The notes under the pieces are model-generated. The model did not search any database. It was given only the letters and a program-made list of their open reading frames with translations, and was not told the origin of the DNA. DNA of 63,758 bases, filler included, from Octopus bimaculoides (taxonomy: Eukaryota), in assembly GCF_001194135.2 (NCBI RefSeq). It is 6 parts of 6 records of this genome, joined end to end, with 100 filler letters (N's around TTAATTAATTAA, not from the genome) between each part and the next. Parts side by side here need not be neighbours in the genome. Positions count along the whole stretch, not along the records: positions 14,355 to 27,174 come from NC_069000.1; positions 27,275 to 37,916 come from NC_068984.1; positions 38,017 to 55,710 come from NC_069001.1; 3 more parts are not named here. The stretch is one strand, 5' to 3'. Of this stretch, positions 25,428-38,822 are shown piece by piece (position 1 is the stretch's first letter; the number at the start of each line of letters is the position of its first letter). The position numbers and the translations under genes are program-made.

Positions 25428-25769
25428 GTTTATAATTTTCACTTTTAAATGTATTTTAATATGCTGGCCACTTGATGAAATTTTTGAAAATTTTTTATCC
25501 TATATTAGAAGTATATATAAATATATATATACTTCTAATATAGGATAAATATATACAGGTTTCTAATATTTGGAAACCTCGAAATCTTTTGGGGAAACCT
25601 CCAAATTAAAGGACGAATCTAATTCAGCCGTTTACACACACACACGCACACACGCACACACGCATATATACATATATGGGAGAATATACAAATAATAACA
25701 ACAGACGAGGACAGGTGGTGTAAATAACAAAAGTATATATTAGTATGACGCTCGGGAATACGGAAAGTA

Positions 25770-25802
25770 TTTGACGTTTCGAGCTACGCTCTTCAACAGA
25801 AA
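25770..25802 (-). ncRNA. Minimal Penelope-type hammerhead motif with a core substitution
   Basis: Minus strand UUU CUGUUGA A GAGC GUA GCUC GAAA CGU C AAA; A6 replaced by U. Confidence 0.55.
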
Positions 25803-25925
25803 GAATACGGAGACAAGGAGAAAAACACGGAGAAAAAAAATTGAATAGTGTTCAGTCAACGGTCAATCATAATAATGATTATTAAATATATATATATACA
25901 TATATATATACATATATATATATAT

Positions 25926-25960
<35 letters not shown>

Positions 25961-26339
25961 NNNNNNNNNNNNNNNNNNNNNNNNNNNNNNNNNNNNNNNN
26001 NNNNNNNNNNNNNNNNNNNNNNNNNNNNNNNNNNNNNNNNNNNNNNNNNNNNNNNNNNNNNNNNNNNNNNNNNNNNNNNNNNNNNNNNNNNNNNNNNNNN
26101 NNNNNNNNNNNNNNNNNNNNNNNNNNNNNNNNNNNNNNNNNNNNNNNNNNNNNNNNNNNNNNNNNNNNNNNNNNNNNNNNNNNNNNNNNNNNNNNNNNNN
26201 NNNNNNNNNNNNNNNNNNNNNNNNNNNNNNNNNNNNNNNNNNNNNNNNNNNNNNNNNNNNNNNNNNNNNNNNNNNNNNNNNNNNNNNNNNNNNNNNNNNN
26301 NNNNNNNNNNNNNNNNNNATATATATATATATATAGGAT

Positions 26340-26611
26340 TTTCGAGTGAGATCGTTGCCAGTGCCCCTGGACTGGCTCTTGTGCGGGTGGCACATAAAAG
26401 ACACCATTTCGAGCGTGGCCGTTTTCGTGCGGGTGACACGTAAAAGCACCCACTACACTCTCTGAGTGGTTGGCGTTAGGAAGGGCATCCAGCTGTAGAA
26501 ACTCTGCCAAATTAGATTGGAGCCTGGTGTTGCCATCTGGTTTCACCAGTCCTCAGTCAAATCGTCCAACCCATGCTAGCATGGAAAGCGGACGTTAAAC
26601 GATGATGATGA
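26340..26611 (+). mobile_element. SINE family B with duplicated 5' unit
   Basis: Two gtgcgggtg.cac.taaaag.cacc units, then gtggttggcgttaggaagggcatccagc...acgttaaacgatgatgatg. Confidence 0.8.
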
Positions 26612-27781
26612 TATATATATATCACACTTCAAAACATTTTATATTAAATTACATAGCAAAACAAATAATGGTGAATGCACACGTACACGATGAACAAAAC
26701 GGATAATGGTAATACTAACTTAGTATCAATAAAATGTCAAATGTTTGGCTACCTAGCATTTTGTCTACCTTGTGCAGTCTAGTATTTTTTTCCTCTTGGA
26801 ATGAAACAACTCAGGAATCTATTGGAACAAATCGAGGTTTGTACTCCTTCAATACCCTGGTTATTTTACAAACTATATATTGGCTGTAGACTTTATAATG
26901 CACGGAGTAATTTTTATCTACTCTACCTCTAAACAAGATATATAACGAATTCATATACACTTATATTGAAGCATACTCACACATATATAGGTGTAAAACA
27001 CGAGTTTATATATATGTATGTATGGTGGTTGTCTACTCCTTACACAGAGTTTGACCACCTCCTGCACCTACACCTTAGCCCTTTCATGGCGTCTGATGTG
27101 GCTTTTTAAATCAGACAATGTTTTGAAAAAACACCCACACAGATTGCACCTCTGATTTGCACCATATATATATANNNNNNNNNNNNNNNNNNNNNNNNNN
27201 NNNNNNNNNNNNNNNNNNTTAATTAATTAANNNNNNNNNNNNNNNNNNNNNNNNNNNNNNNNNNNNNNNNNNNNGAAATCATAAAAACGAAAACAGAAAA
27301 TGATCTTTTTTCGAAGAACAAAAAATACAAACAGAAACGAGACATGCAACATAAAGTGTATACCCGTTCGTCAGTTGTCCCTGATGACGGATCCTTTCTC
27401 TGTGTTTACTCGTCATGTATCCCATTTTTTTCTCGTTGTTTACGTATTTCACTCTTTTTCCCTCGTTTGTTTACGTCCAGTACCTATATATGCACGTATA
27501 ATACATACATATATATATATAGGTAAGCAAAGTTAGCGATTGTAATAACTGTCTAAGGGATGATAGCATCAGTTCTTACTATCGGTATAAATTACCTATG
27601 CTATCCCTGGGAATGGGTATGCAGGCACGCTATGCTCATAGGGTACAGGTAAGAACAGAATAAATACAAGTTTATCAGGATTCAAATTTAAATAATCAGA
27701 AAATAGAGAAAACATTTGTTCAACAAACACATTGACCAACATCGGTTGAATATTTTTTAATACAAAAGATGACATAACATA

Positions 27782-27895
27782 TCATACGACGGTTTCCGTT
27801 TCGAATGTTAGTCGGTGCTTACGAAAGAAATTCTGAAAATGACATTCATCTTTATAGCACATTCGATCTACAACATAGAGCTTCATCAGAGTGAA
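27782..27895 (-). ncRNA. Hammerhead ribozyme candidate (GUC site, long stem II, weak stem I)
   Basis: Minus strand CUGAUGA [~80 nt] GAAA CGG AAA CCG UC; stem III ACGG/CCGU. Confidence 0.5.
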
Positions 27896-28576
27896 TACAA
27901 ATACATAAGATAAAATAAACTGTATATCTATTTATATATATATATATATANNNNNNNNNNNNNNNNNNNNNNNNNNNNNNNNNNNNNNNNNNNNNNNNNN
28001 NNNNNNNNNNNNNNNNNNNNNNNNNNNNNNNNNNNNNNNNNNNNNNNNNNNNNNNNNNNNNNNNNNNNNNNNNNNNNNNNNNNNNNNNNNNNNNNNNNNN
28101 NNNNNNNNNNNNNNNNNNNNNNNNNNNNNNNNNNNNNNNNNNNNNNNNNNNNNNNNNNNNNNNNNNNNNNNNNNNNNNNNNNNNNNNNNNNNNNNNNNNN
28201 NNNNNNNNNNNNNNNNNNNNNNNNNNNNNNNNNNNNNNNNNNNNNNNNNNNNNNNNNNNNNNNNNNNNNNNNNNNNNNNNNNNNNNNNNNNNNNNNNNNN
28301 NNNNNNNNNNNNNNNNNNNNNNNNNNNNNNNNNNNNNNNNNNNNNNNNNNNNNNNNNNNNNNNNNNNNNNNNNNNNNNNNNNNNNNNNNNNNNNNNNNNN
28401 NNNNNNNNNNNNNNNNNNNNNNNNNNNNNNNNNNNNNNNNNNNNNNNNNNNNNNNNNNNNNNNNNNNNNNNNNNNNNNNNNNNNNNNNNNNNNNNNNNNN
28501 NNNNNNNNNNNNNNNNNNNNNNNNNNNNNNNNNNNNNNNNNNNNNNNNNNNNNNNNNNNNNNNNNNNNNNNNNNNN

Positions 28577-28621
<45 letters not shown>

Positions 28622-29226
28622 CATATTTCTATACTAATGGAATAAACGAATATGCTCGTATATCTTAAGCTTAATGAATGTATATCATAAGCACAAGTTT
28701 TAAAAAAAATAACTTTGGTTAACAATGATGTGCTATTTCAACATGTGCTACACGCTTAAAAAGATTAAAAACATGTTATTTATAGCCGATTGTAACCAAA
28801 TCAGAATATGTTCTACCTGAACACTAACTGCAACGTCAAGTTATTGGACATAAAACTAGCAATAAATTAAATTCAATAAGAATGTCACAAACAAAATCAA
28901 ACAATGATTTGTAAGTCACGAGTAGAGTTGTTATCACATTCTACATCCATTTTCTTTATTTTATGAGGACTTGCGAAAAGTAGTTAGTAAAATGCAAGTA
29001 AATATATTAGGCTGTGCTGCATTGAATCGCAGATATTTGTTCGAGCTGAACAATACATCCATAGCTTTAAGTGATGATAAAAAATCGCCATTAAATGATA
29101 AATCAATGAAGACGCATGCATACAAACGTACCCGCACTATCGCATGCACAAGGGTGCAAGCATGTTGTCGGATTGTCACGTTAAACGCAGTTTCTCTCTT
29201 TCAGTCGTTCTTTAATCTCTCTATCC

Positions 29227-29271
<45 letters not shown>

Positions 29272-29415
29272 NNNNNNNNNNTCTCACATTTACATTTTTT
29301 CTTAATTCTGCCAGTTTTCTATGTGTATGTGTACAAATGTATGCATATATAAACTGGTAAGCATAAGCAAAACATACGCACAAACAATCATACAGAATAT
29401 GTTTATGCATGCATG

Positions 29416-29467
<52 letters not shown>

Positions 29468-29709
29468 TGTATGCATACATACATATATATGAGCATGTCT
29501 AGATATGAAACTATATGCATATGAGAATGCATACATAAAGCAAAACATACAAATCTGCACATATATACAAACATACGTACATACAAAAATACCCTGTTGA
29601 CGATGAAATTCCAATGAAGGAGCCTTGAATCTAGGTTAGAAATCGGCTCTTTCTGTATTGCCAAGAAGTCTTGAAATAAAGTTGAACAATGACATACATG
29701 CATATACAT

Positions 29710-29745
<36 letters not shown>

Positions 29746-29970
29746 ATGTATATACATACAAAAATCGAAATCAATGCGCGCGATTGCTGACATAGACACT
29801 TAACGGTAAAAAATTGGGGAGAAATATCCTGCATAAATTCAAACTGTACATAAGAAACATCTCAAACAACTTAGACGCCAAATCCATTCAATTCTTGAAA
29901 ATGAGACCGTGAATGTCTCAAAAAATCTAAGAAATAAAAAAAGAAGACAAAGATAAAAAATAGTCATGTG

Positions 29971-30010
<40 letters not shown>

Positions 30011-30525
30011 TGTGTGTGTCTATGTGTGTGTGTGTGCGTGCGTGTGCATATGTATATATGTATGTATGTATGTATGTATTATGTATGTATAATATATATA
30101 TTGTCTCTTGGGTGAGTCATTACACCAATAATTACACACGCACAGGTTCAATTCCAATTCTTTATCATTAATCAATTGGTTAAATATCTATTCAACTTAC
30201 TAATGGAACATTTGTTTAACTTGCTGGTTAAACAGTCCAGTACTTTTTTTTCCGTCGAAGTTCTTTCGTTGCCATTCGCAACCTTTTTTGTGACCGTTAC
30301 TTCCGAACTCGTTTCGAAGGCTGCTATTGCCCGTTTCTGAGACGGGTGTGAAATTTGAAGAGGCTTCGTGTATCAATAAGAGTACATAGAATATTTGAAT
30401 GCTATCGTTAATTAAATTCCACTTTAAAGATTATCTCTGAAAATTTTGAGTATATTTGAAATATCCATGAAACTAGCATTTTGATTCACAGATGAATATT
30501 CACTACATGAATATTTTCGAATTAA

Positions 30526-30714
30526 AAAATGCCTAGTGGCATTTCGTCCGTCTTTACGTTCTGAGTTCAAATTCCACCGAGGTCGACTTTACCTTTTATA
30601 TTTACGGTGTTGATAAAATAAGTACCAGTATAGTACTCGGGGCCGATATAGTCGACTAGTTCCCCTTCACCTAAACAAATTTCAGGATCTGTGCTTATAG
30701 TAGAAATGATTATT
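30526..30714 (+). mobile_element. SINE family C (5'-truncated)
   Basis: cgttctgagttcaaattccaccgaggtcgactt...ataagtaccagt...agtagaaatgattatt; related copies at 31210-31413 (-), 53201-53390, 59225-59550. Confidence 0.75.
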
Positions 30715-31209
30715 TCTAAAGATGAGGAATTTTTATAATGGCATCGTTCTAATATATGTTGCTTGGCTATTTGCTTTGAAATATCATTGTTTCTGGGTAT
30801 ATTTGCAGATTTTGTTTGCGCACTTAACGTAAATATGATCCGACACCAATATGGAGTAATTTAAATAAGAAAGAAAAAGAAAAGATTATTGACTATTTCT
30901 CCTGGCATCTGAAACTTCGTACTAGCATTTTGCAGGCATGACTTGTTAAGTGATGCAATTTAATAACATTATCGTTCCAATATACTTTGTATATTATTTT
31001 GTGTGAAATGTAATTGTTTCAGGGTATTCTTACAGATGCTGATCAAGTACTTAATGTAAACATAATTTGATATCACTATGCAGAGATTTAAATGGGAAAC
31101 ATTGAAAGAATAAAGTATTTTCTACCTTCCTTGATATTTGAAACGACGTACTAACTTTTGAAGGAAATTAAATATCCTCATTCAGTCTCATGAAAACCTC
31201 GTATTGTAT

Positions 31210-31413
31210 AGGTTTCAAATTTTGGTACAATTGCGGGGGAGAGAAAAAGTCGATTAAATCGACCCCAGTGATCAACCTGTATTTATTTTATCGACGTCGA
31301 GGGGACGAAAGGTAAAGTCGGTCTCGGCGAAATTGGATTCACTACGTAAAAGCGGACAAATGCCGCTAATCATCTTGCCCAGCGTGCTAACGATTCTGCC
31401 AGTTCGCCGCCTT
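31210..31413 (-). mobile_element. SINE family C
   Basis: Minus strand ttaaggcggcgaactggcagaatcgttagcacgc...gaccgagaccgactttacctttcgtccc. Confidence 0.75.
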
Positions 31414-31479
31414 AATCTCGTGCAAAATATTCATGATCTAAATTCTTCAAAAAATCTCAAAACTGTTGCATGATATCTG

Positions 31480-32210
31480 ACTAGAACAGTTCCTTCGAAT
31501 AGTCTGTTGTCTTGCGTTCTTCAGACAAGATGACAAACCACTTTGCTATCATTTCCTGTATCTGCACTCCATCTAATTCTCAGCAATTGCTGATTACCAC
31601 GGTAGCATTTGGGAAGACATAAAGAATCAAACCAAACACTTAGTAAAAAACAGCATACCAAGCACGCACATCCGTCATTGAAAATCCTATATTGGGTTTT
31701 CAAATGTTGGAGAAGATATCGAAGCGTGTGGACTGCAGCTGAATAAATAAATCGACAGATAAGTCGACAGGCAACTAAATATGACGTTCAGCCACTCGAA
31801 CATTATGTTTACCGAGATGAATTTTTCATGACTTCGATCAGATAAATCTAATATAGCAATCGAATACTTGACACTATCTGACCCTAGAGTATTAGTTTAC
31901 TGTGATGCTTTTGGTGAACATGCAAAACTGTTCTGATCACCAAATTTTGCTAAAACAATTTTTCACTAACTCAGATAAATTACTATTACAGTGGTCGAAT
32001 CAAAAATTGCGACAACTTTATTCACAAGCAGTATCCTTACTATCCTCTCAGATATGCAAATTCATTCCAAGTCACTTCAGTTTCTTGTGACACTGTCTTT
32101 TTCTATGACCACTAACAAGTCTCAGTGACAGTGTCTCAGAATCACCGGAGCTTATGTTTCCCTCATGCTCAATTCTATGCTGCATGCTCACGTGTTGGAC
32201 CATGTAAGTA
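31480..32210 (+). pseudogene. Helitron Pif1-type helicase C-terminal fragment
   Basis: VMLLVNM..., ILSDMQIHSKSLQFLVTLSFSMTTNKSQ*QCL and CFPHAQFYAACSRVG match the QFPVRLAFAMTINKSQGQ / FSHGQLYVACSRV motifs. Confidence 0.75.
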
Positions 32211-33150
32211 TTTTTTATTAGAGTTCTAAGCCACAATGGAAGAGCTGTTGTCTCTCTCAGAGATCCTGTTGAATAAAACACGTTTTCCTTTAATTGCATC
32301 TTCGTTAGTATTGTATATCAATTTAGGATTATAAAACGACACATACAGTATAATATAAATACAATATACTGTTCTATATTTTAGAGATGAGGAATTCTGT
32401 ACAGTATTTACATTATTTACTTTACAAAATTAAAATTATCACTAAAAGCTACCTCATAAAAACCTGGAAAATTTCAACTTTAGCCGTGTCTCTATTACAG
32501 TAAGAATATATACCAATATAATTACACAAACGAGAGCACTATATAAAAAATTGCCTTAAGTTAATGCGTTTGACAAAAATGCTTCTACATATTTGCCTCC
32601 TGGGCGGCGTCTGGCTCTCTTGTCTTCAAGGAAAAATGGTTAGAGCTATATCAAGTCAGAAAAAACTCTTGTATCTTGACATTATCATCTCTTCGTATTT
32701 GAACACAGTTACAATAAACATTAGGCATTATTTTGCATTCTTTCGAAGTGAAGATAATTTAATGCACCAAGGATTTAACTTGGATTAGAATACACTCATT
32801 AGTCTTTGTTACCCAAATTTATACCATTGCACTCTCTCATACTTCATTTTTGTTTTAATTTTATAAATACACTATGCCATCAATCGTCTCCACACATTTT
32901 TTATATATATCTAAGCCTCATATATTCTGAAGTACTGGACGTATACGTGCTGTATTTATGACATATAATGAAGCTGAAGCAATTCTCATCAGTTGTCTTG
33001 TCAGCATTAAAAAAAAAACACATTTCATTGAAGTTTGCTGCTCAGGTTCATGCCAGCAGTTGTTCTGTGTTATGTATGTCAGCTAGTTTTTCCTTCAACA
33101 CACGTGCGCGCACACACACACGCACGTACACACGCACATGCACACACACA

Positions 33151-34232
33151 TTGGGTTGTCCCATAAACAATGCAGTTTTTTGTACTTCTTTTATTATTCA
33201 AAATTAAGACAAAGAAACTTCATTTTTATTTTAAAATATACTCTACTTCATTCTCCACAACGCTTTTCTATCTATCTGGTAGACTTGTAAGGCCCCTCTT
33301 CCAAAATTCACTTGTCCGTGGCGAAAAATACTTTTCCAATACTGTTCTGACTCCGTCTACAGAATTCATAATTTTTCCGCCCAAATGATCAGATGGGGCA
33401 ATGTCCGGCGAATATGGAGGGTGGGACATCGTTTCCCATTCAAACTGCTTCAGCCTTTGGAATGTTATCCTCGCTGTATGTCGTCGAGCATTATCCTGAT
33501 GGAAGAACACCTTTCGTTTTGAAACGAAAGATGGATGTTTTCCTTCTAGCGCTGATACAAGCCGCTCAAGCTGCTTGTAGTAGATCTCCTTTGTTATCGT
33601 TTGCTTTGGATTTGGATATAAAAGTTCAAAGTAGACCTAACCTTTCACATCCCACCGAACAGATAACAACACCTTACGTGGGTGATGACCTTCTTTAGTT
33701 TGGAGTGCCAGTTTTTCTCCTTCCCTACCCATTGTCTTCGGCGCTTGACATTTTTATAGAGAACCCATTTCTCATCACCAGTCACTCTTCGGTCCATAAA
33801 TGGTTCATTCGTGAGCCGTGACAGCAAACAAGAGCACACATTCACTCTCTGCGCGCGATTAGACTCGGAAAGTTTGTGAGAAACCCATTGATCCAATTTG
33901 CTGACATTTCCGATGCCACGCAGGTGTCGATGAATGGTTGAATGACCAAATGCAAGCTTCTCTGCTAGTTCCTCGACAGTTACGATGGGATTATCTTCCA
34001 CCAGGGTTTGCAGGACGTCCTGGTCGAGCTCTAGTGATCTTCCAGGACGAGGCTCCTCTTATTGGCTGTAGTTTCCGGCTCGAAAATTCTGGAATCACTG
34101 TTGACACTGGCTTACGCTTATTGTCCGATCCCATTATGCTGCATTAATATTCCTCGCATTTTCCTTTGCACTGTTGCCTTTATTGAACTCGGAAAGCAAA
34201 ATATGTCGAATATGCTCCTTTGTCACCTCCAT
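33151..34232 (-). mobile_element. Mariner element, internally deleted, one TIR retained
   Basis: ATG at 34232 MEVTKEHIRHILL; WVSHKL; VTGDEKWVLY; HQDNARRH; HPPYSPDIAPSD; terminal ttgggttgtcccataa at 33151. Confidence 0.85.
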
Positions 34233-34989
34233 TACAGGCTTGAAAAACTAACTGTTAACATCGAACTGAGCTCTTCAAATCTTGCATTAAGAATAAAAAC
34301 AAGGTAAAATTACTACCTGCATTTATAGCAAGTTGATGCAGGTAGTTTATCCAGTCCCCCTGCAACTTTTAGTTCATGCAATTGAAAAACAAACGCATTA
34401 TTTCTGGAGAACATTTTCTGTTACAAAAGTACATATTCATCCACTCACAAGCTTCTTAAGCAAACGAGGGCTCCATATCACGAGTATTTCGGGTCAAATT
34501 AATCCTTACTGGTGCCGTGACTCCTTTGCCTAGTTTATAGAAAATATCATCCGAATCATTTGCTGATTGACTAAAATGGTGACGTGAAGATTATAAATTG
34601 CTAAAGTGGCTGGTCACAATTTAAAATCACTTAAAGCCATTTGGTTTTAAATTGCGACTAGCCACTTTAATAATTTACACACACACACACACAAACATAT
34701 ATATGTGTGTATATGTGTATATGTGTATATGTATATATATATATATANNNNNNNNNNNNNNNNNNNNNNNNNNNNNNNNNNNNNNNNNNNNNNNNNNNNN
34801 NNNNNNNNNNNNNNNNNNNNNNNNNNNNNNNNNNNNNNNNNNNNNNNNNNNNNNNNNNNNNNNNNNNNNNNNNNNNNNNNNNNNNNNNNNNNNNNNNNNN
34901 NNNNNNNNNNNNNNNNNNNNNNNNNNNNNNNNNNNNNNNNNNNNNNNNNNNNNNNNNNNNNNNNNNNNNNNNNNNNNNNNNNNNNNATA

Positions 34990-35590
34990 CAGGGTGCGTA
35001 AGCTATTTGAGAACATACGTTTTTGGGGCCATTGCTGCATTTTTTGCTAACACTGTATAATCATTGTGCCAGAAATTAATAATGGCAGATCCTCAGCATA
35101 CTTAGGAAATGAAGAGGCATGCTGTTATTGTGGTTATGAAGCCTGAGCATAGCGATTTATAAATATCTCGATTTTTAAAATTTGCCAGACCTGTCCTCTA
35201 CAAAGTCTGTAATAAGCTAGAGACTGAAGATGGAAACGTTTCACCAGTGTCAAAGCACAAAAAGCATTCTAAACGCTCTGAAATCATCAGAACACCTCAA
35301 TTTATCCAGCAAGTTCAACAAATCATTGATTACAATCCCACTAAGTTCATGAGGTCAATTACAAAAGATCTCCATGTGTCAGAAGGAACACTGAGATATG
35401 TAGCCCACGAAGGCATCAAATATAAGACTTATATGATGGGGAAAGGTCAATTTGTCCGAAAAAGCAAAAGAAAACCACTACATCAGATCTAAAAGGCTCT
35501 TAAACCAACTGAAAAATGCAGCAGAAGATTTGATTTGTTTTTTCTGTTTTTTCTCAAGCGAGAAAAACTTTGCCCAAAGTCAAAATGATG
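34990..35590 (+). mobile_element. Tc1/mariner (maT/DD37D-like) 5' fragment
   Basis: TA|CAGGGTG terminus; KKHSKRSEIIRTPQFIQQVQQIIDYNP...SKRLLNQLK...FFSSEKNF (first catalytic Asp region degraded). Confidence 0.65.
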
Positions 35591-35979
35591 TACATTATAT
35601 TTTTATATTCCTTATTTTATTCTTCCTACCAATGCCCTGTCAATTGCATTCCACTTATCTCTGCACCTCCAGCTTCCTGTCCAAGACATCTCTTTCTATT
35701 TATTTTTCTTTCTCTTTATCCCTCAATAGCCACTTCTGCTATCATTCTCATACGTACCATCGATATGGTCGCGTTTCTCTCCTGATATTTACACTATGGA
35801 AGTTACAATCATACCTGGATTTACATAGGATTGCACCTGAAGACTTATGAACTAGCATCTACACTATCGGAAAGCTGAACTGTGAACTTTTAATTTTTCT
35901 TTTTTTCTTCATTTCTTTATTTCTCCAGCCCTTTATTCCATCGTTTCTTTATTCTATACCCTTGACATTTTCCCTATTT

Positions 35980-36035
35980 GTCTCCGATGACGGGATATCC
36001 CATATTTTGGGATATCCCCAAAATAGCTGTAAGAC
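35980..36035 (+). ncRNA. Decayed hammerhead motif
   Basis: GUCU CCGAUGA C GGGAUAUCCC..GGGAUAUCCC C AAAA UAGCUGU A AGAC; stems retained, core positions U4 and G12 altered. Confidence 0.45.
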
Positions 36036-37231
36036 TTTACATTTTTCTGATAATAATAACGGATATGACTTGAGATATTTGTCTTGCCTTGGCGTTTAAC
36101 AAATACACACACACACCACACACACACATATATATAGTTGAAATTTACAGAAAAACAAAAGACGAAGACGGGTGTATAAACAACAAGCAGGTGTATTAGT
36201 TTGACGCTCCTGAAAGTGAGAAAGTCTTTAGCAATCAATCATGGCGATACATACATACATACATACATACATACATACATACATACATACATGCATACAT
36301 ACATACATATATATATATATGTATATATANNNNNNNNNNNNNNNNNNNNNNNNNNNNNNNNNNNNNNNNNNNNNNNNNNNNNNNNNNNNNNNNNNNNNNN
36401 NNNNNNNNNNNNNNNNNNNNNNNNNNNNNNNNNNNNNNNNNNNNNNNNNNNNNNNNNNNNNNNNNNNNNNNNNNNNNNNNNNNNNNNNNNNNNNNNNNNN
36501 NNNNNNNNNNNNNNNNNNNNNNNNNNNNNNNNNNNNNNNNNNNNNNNNNNNNNNNNNNNNNNNNNNNNNNNNNNNNNNNNNNNNNNNNNNNNNNNNNNNN
36601 NNNNNNNNNNNNNNNNNNNNNNNNNNNNNNNNNNNNNNNNNNNNNNNNNNNNNNNNNNNNNNNNNNNNNNNNNNNNNNNNNNNNNNNNNNNNNNNNNNNN
36701 NNNNNNNNNNNNNNNNNNNNNNNNNNNNNNNNNNNNNNNNNNNNNNNNNNNNNNNNNNNNNNNNNNNNNNNNNNNNNNNNNNNNNNNNNNNNNNNNNNNN
36801 NNNNNNNNNNNNNNNNNNNNNNNNNNNNNNNNNNNNNNNNNNNNNNNNNNNNNNNNNNNNNNNNNNNNNNNNNNNNNNNNNNNNNNNNNNNNNNNNNNNN
36901 NNNNNNNNNNNNNNNNNNNNNNNNNNNNNNNNNNNNNNNNNNNNNNNNNNNNNNNNNNNNNNNNNNNNNNNNNNNNNNNNNNNNNNNNNNNNNNNNNNNN
37001 NNNNNNNNNNNNNNNNNNNNNNNNNNNNNNNNNNNNNNNNNNNNNNNNNNNNNNNNNNNNNNNNNNNNNNNNNNNNNNNNNNNNNNNNNNNNNNNNNNNN
37101 NNNNNNNNNNNNNNNNNNNNNNNNNNNNNNNNNNNNNNNNNNNNNNGCGTCATTCCTCACTGTAAATATTCCGATAGATTTGAGGATTATTTTACTAAAA
37201 TCGTCAAACATAACCGATAAACACATTACTC

Positions 37232-37287
<56 letters not shown>

Positions 37288-37792
37288 ATATATATAAATC
37301 CACCAGCGTACAGTAATGAGAAAATCATCAGTAACAATGGCAACACTAAAGATAAGAAGACATAATCAGAGTGGTACGAAAGTTATATAATCTCACTTAG
37401 GGCAACATTCTTTGGCAGTACAACCGTCTTACTGAAGAAGATAATCAAAATCAATGAAGAATACAATGCCACCCGTAACAATTTTCCTTTCATTTTAGTT
37501 CAGATTTCCTCTCATAATTTAAATTCATTTATTTCATCCCTTCAGATTCTCTGGAAAAATAGTCATGTTTACCCATTGTGAAAAGTATAGAAAAGAGTAT
37601 ACTGATATTTGGCTTGTTATTAATGCATAAATCTTTGTCGTGTTTGCTAATCATATGTCAGTGATATCGACCAACCAGAAAGAAAATGTAAGAGATCTAG
37701 GCAATGAATAGAGTTATAAAGCTGATTGTAATGTTAATATTCATGGTTGATGTTAGTTTTGATATACATACACGCATAATTACATATACATA

Positions 37793-37831
<39 letters not shown>

Positions 37832-38059
37832 TTAATGAATATTTTTTATGACTACTCATGTATATTGAATACACACATACACCAATTCGCATATATATAT
37901 ATATATATATATATATNNNNNNNNNNNNNNNNNNNNNNNNNNNNNNNNNNNNNNNNNNNNTTAATTAATTAANNNNNNNNNNNNNNNNNNNNNNNNNNNN
38001 NNNNNNNNNNNNNNNNACACAAACATAGAAAGATCCACTCATACACTTTTATGCAGAAA

Positions 38060-38091
<32 letters not shown>

Positions 38092-38161
38092 TACATATAT
38101 ATGTTTATGATATCTACATAGGCAGCCCTCTCACTGTGTGTATGTATGAATCTTTTATCTG

Positions 38162-38205
<44 letters not shown>

Positions 38206-38787
38206 GTGATACAGTTTCTCCAGTTCCATCAAAGACATCTTACTTGTGATTTTACAGTATTGTTGTTGCTTAATGACTGCAAGACTGGAAATGTACAATA
38301 GTGTGTCAAACATACATACATACATACATACATACATACATAAATACATATATACATAAACACATACATACATATATATATATATANNNNNNNNNNNNNN
38401 NNNNNNNNNNNNNNNNNNNNNNNNNNNNNNNNNNNNNNNNNNNNNNNNNNNNNNNNNNNNNNNNNNNNNNNNNNNNNNNNNNNNNNNNNNNNNNNNNNNN
38501 NNNNNNNNNNNNNNNNNNNNNNNNNNNNNNNNNNNNNNNNNNNNNNNNNNNNNNNNNNNNNNNNNNNNNNNNNNNNNNNNNNNNNNNNNNNNNNNNNNNN
38601 NNNNNNNNNNNNNNNNNNNNNNNNNNNNNNNNNNNNNNNNNNNNNNNNNNNNNNNNNNNNNNNNNNNNNNNNNNGTATGTATGTATGTATGCATACACAC
38701 ATACTTAAACACATGCATACATATATATATGTATGTGTATTATATCTATCTATTACATATATGTGTATGTATATATATATATGTATT

Positions 38788-38822
<35 letters not shown>

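Noticed and set aside
27340-27400. CTGATGA (27381) and CTGACGA (minus) as further hammerheads
   Set aside because: No correctly placed GAAA after a stem on either strand.
37432-37460. ctgaagaagataatcaaaa as a hammerhead
   Set aside because: No GAAA and no convincing stems I or III.
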